From Alloascoidea hylecoeti (Eukaryota), in assembly GCA_001600815.1 (NCBI GenBank), contig BCKZ01000005.1:257532-321531 (forward strand): a stretch of 64,000 bases of DNA, read 5' to 3'. The stretch's first letter is position 1, and each line of letters starts with the position of its first letter. The translations under genes and the position numbers were made by a program. This document shows, in pieces, positions 60,641-64,000 of this stretch. A model generated the notes under the pieces. The model ran no database searches, was not told the DNA's origin, and worked only from the letters and a program-made list of their open reading frames with translations.

Positions 60641-60794
60641 CTCTCAAAACTCCTAAATCGCGTAGTTCTTCCTTATTTCGGCTCCTTCCGTGATAACAAA
60701 AATATAATAATTTTTTATTCCTTTAAAAGCCAGGACAAATAAATGATATATCTATCTCTTCTTTAGGCCTTTCACAATTGAATGAGGAAAAAGT

Positions 60795-60931
60795 CGCGAA
60801 AATAAAAAACCAATTGACCGATTACCCGGATCCTGACACGCGTAAAATAATAAAATATTAACGCGTCACGCGTCATGCATGTTATTAGACTATCTTAGGC
60901 TATTAATCACATTAAGACGACACGAACGCGT
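60795..60931. promoter_or_regulatory. Cluster of four MCB elements, one SCB-type element and one Reb1-type site upstream of MBP1
   Basis: ACGCGT at 60838, 60861, 60868 and 60926; CGCGAAAA at 60795; TTACCCGG at 60822. Confidence 0.8.
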
Positions 60932-63900
60932 ACGAAATGTAATTGATTTCATAGATCTATGTTGAAAATGCAATTGAGAGTATAAAATCTTCAAGATGTC
61001 ATTTGACCCCATAAAATCAAGCTAGAGCCATTGGCTGTAAAAATCAACTCTACAATAGCTTAATTTGAACAAAATTATTATAGCGTAAAAAAAATACCAC
61101 ATTGAATACAGCTGGAGTTATATTACCTATATCACTTCGCAGCCATAAATTAAAAAATGTGTATAGGATGTGAATTAATTTAAATAAGACATTAAGAAGA
61201 ATGCTCTCGAACCCAAGATAAGGAAAAACACTGAAGTGTTGTGGGTAATATTTGCAATGTGAGGTCTAGAAGATTAATGGGACTCATGATAGATTTCGCG
61301 ATATCCAGCAATTTTCCAGCTTCTAGGAGTCTAGGACTAGTTAATTTAACAACGAAGTTAAAGTATCGATCTTGTAAAATTGAATCAGCGACTACTGAGC
61401 TTGCCGCGTGGGGTCCAATGATAGAAAATTACGTAAGTATATTTGGTACGGCGTTTGTGCAGTGATCGTATATTAGGAATTATTTAATTGCAATATTGAA
61501 TTATCAACAGGAAGCTAACGTTACCATGTATTTCTATGATTATATAAACACCTGTATTTAAATGAAACACCTTCAGATTACCATCTGCTTAAAACTCCCA
61601 ATTGACTGCAACATTAGACTATAATCAAGCCCACAAAATTGGTGTTAGATTCTGGTCACGTCAAATTATAGTGATGTTTTAATATATTCATTGCTCATGA
61701 ATATCATTATACCAGTGTTTCTATTTACCTTACAAATAGTACGTATAATATCTATTGCTAAGGCTATATACCCATCTCGATTTAAAAATAATGTAACCAA
61801 ACGTAAAAATGTATCCGATCATCATTCAATCCAAATTCCCCTGAGTATACCATCAAAACCCTGTTGGAACAAGTTTACATTCCGCGGCCGGTGATAGTTT
61901 GCCACCACTAATATTAGTATGAAGATTAATATACCATTGGTGCCTCACGAATGATCGCAATGGTTTACAACATGCACCACTATTGTTTACACTTAATCAT
62001 GATATTTTCAATTGTAATTCCAACTGGTCATGAATATATCACTATATTTAGATTAAACAATACCACGATGAATCCTACATCTCTCTATCTAGTTATTGGC
62101 ATAGACGTATACCACAGCTTGAAATTTATGGGCAATTGCAACATAGGGTATAAATACATACAGGTAATTATCTGTTTCAATTACTAATTATAACCTTACA
62201 TAGAAAATAAACCAACGTATAAGTGGTACTACTAATTGTAATTGCTCGCACACTGTATGTCAAATAGGTATATGAGTAAACAAATTAAATACAACAATTG
62301 CTAATATCATATCCATAGAGGCCTATAGCCTATAGCTAGCTTACTAATTAATATACCCTTAAGCGCTTACATGTAGCTACATGTATATTACAACATGGCA
62401 CTTTCAAAGGATGGGTTAACGATAATAATGTTAATGATATATTGATTTAATTTAAATTATATTAATTTTATTCCTGCGTATACAATTTGTGTACATAATG
62501 ATATTTGACAACCTTTTGTTCTTATATAATTATAATTATAATCAATTTTGTTGAGAATATATATAAACTTATAGAATAAAATATATATAATATAGAAGCC
62601 GTTCAAGCCGTTGTCTCAGTCAAATAAATAATACCAGCATATGTATATGAAACCTTTAATATTATGATAATAACAAGAAAAAAAGTGCGATGCTTCCGAT
62701 CGTAGTATGTGATATAATTATGAATCTAGTGATGTGTCTACAGTGACTCTACACTGTCTAGTTCTTGCTGTATAAACTTATAATGTAGATGTCTTCCATG
62801 GTGCGTGGGGAGGATATAATGAGAACTGTATATAGCAATAAAATTATGAGATCACTTATAATATATATATAATTATAAAGAATTCGAACCTTGTGTCACC
62901 TTTTTTGATTTCAATTTCAAGTACATTTACTACAGTTGTATCCTGTATTAGATAACGTTAACTTAAATAGCTACAGCACTATATATACTATGCTAATTAC
63001 AAGTTTAAGAATTACCTAGCCTTGCAATTGAATTTAGGTTGGTCATGAATATTTTAACACTCATATGTAATCATTAAGGTTTTAAAATTTATATCGATAA
63101 TCCGATTCAATATCCGTGTATATATTAATTTATATAATATACAGTTGTATTCCGATTGCAATTAGTAATAATCCAGTTAATGATTACCCTGTTTAATTGT
63201 GACATGTTTTCATTTTCTATTGACTGCCATTAATAATGCTTAACTACGAGTCTACGGCTCCGTATACGGGACGGGGGATATATTAATTGCAATTGGCCAT
63301 GGTTGAACAACTTGAACTTAACCAATTATAATTAGTAATGCAAATAATAACACACAAAACCACCAAGGATTTATATTTTGAATTTCGTCTGCTCAATTAA
63401 CAATTTGGAGAAGCACTGTTAAGCAGGCTGTCTTCTTATCAATTCACCTGCAGAGAATAAGACTTGTTTGAAAACACCAAATTATGTTTTTGACATTTTC
63501 CATAATGTATCATATAAAATTTGAAAGCATCCCAAGTGGGTAACTTACCCAGATCAAACAATAATATACATAACATACAGATAACTTTAAAGATACATGT
63601 AGCCGATATATATTAATATTAATGCACTTGTAATTACATTATTACTTGTTTCGAGTTATTATTCAGCTTGTGCAATATTTATGCACTCTGCCCTGCATTT
63701 TTTGTAGGCATATCTCATATTTTTTATCCAATTTCAATTGCAATCCCAAAATATGAATCTTGCTGCCAAGAAACACAGAAAAGTTATTCTTTGTTCTAAT
63801 GCAAATTTCCGTCTTTATCTAGCATTACTCTTACATAGTTGGAACTTATGTAATGATAATAATGATATAGCAGTTTTATAATTGGAGAATAGATTGTATT

Positions 63901-64000
63901 TCATGGCTTGTAATTTGTAACGTTAACTACTATGCACATCTGGTAGGAGATGAGTAACTGATGTCGATAGGTCATACGCATGTAATAGTGATGTGATTTT

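Noticed and set aside
60950..64000. Short ORFs and a PACE-like TTTGCCACC (61898-61906) in the terminal gene-free region
   Set aside because: No recognisable protein, repeat or target gene; cannot be supported from sequence alone.

Overview
AT-rich eukaryotic DNA from an intron-containing budding yeast (Saccharomycotina by protein family resemblance; probably outside Saccharomycetaceae because it keeps a molybdopterin-synthase small subunit and has relaxed splice signals). Genes in order: YPT31/Rab11 (-), PNG1 (-), long-form PalI/RIM9-family (-), ROD1-like alpha-arrestin (-), SEC2 (+), RGT1 (+), CAB3/HAL3-family PPC decarboxylase (-), an orphan 624-aa ORF (-), CCE1 (+), ARC19 (+), DAL81 (+), MOCS2A/cnxG (+), two tandem aldo-keto reductases (+), a Uds1-like coiled-coil protein (-), CCR4 (-), VAC7 (-), a JLP1/TauD dioxygenase (-) and MBP1 (-). 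I rebuilt the exon structures of seven of these by hand because the ORF track splits or truncates them. The ORF track also misses several decayed sequences: an ARC40 pseudogene, a deletion-eroded copy of the AKR gene 25 kb away (with promoter and 3' flank), and an inverted, deleted fragment of RGT1 that ends at an AT palindrome. Non-coding structure includes a ~830-bp foldback element with an internal hairpin, a telomere-like 12-mer array, an SCB 13-mer array, recurrent Reb1-type sites, and an MCB cluster plus a 5'-UTR intron upstream of MBP1. I found no rRNA, tRNA or CRISPR. I cannot demonstrate a new biological system; the best candidates for follow-up are the foldback element and the local duplication-and-decay relics. 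All family assignments are from recalled motifs, not database searches.
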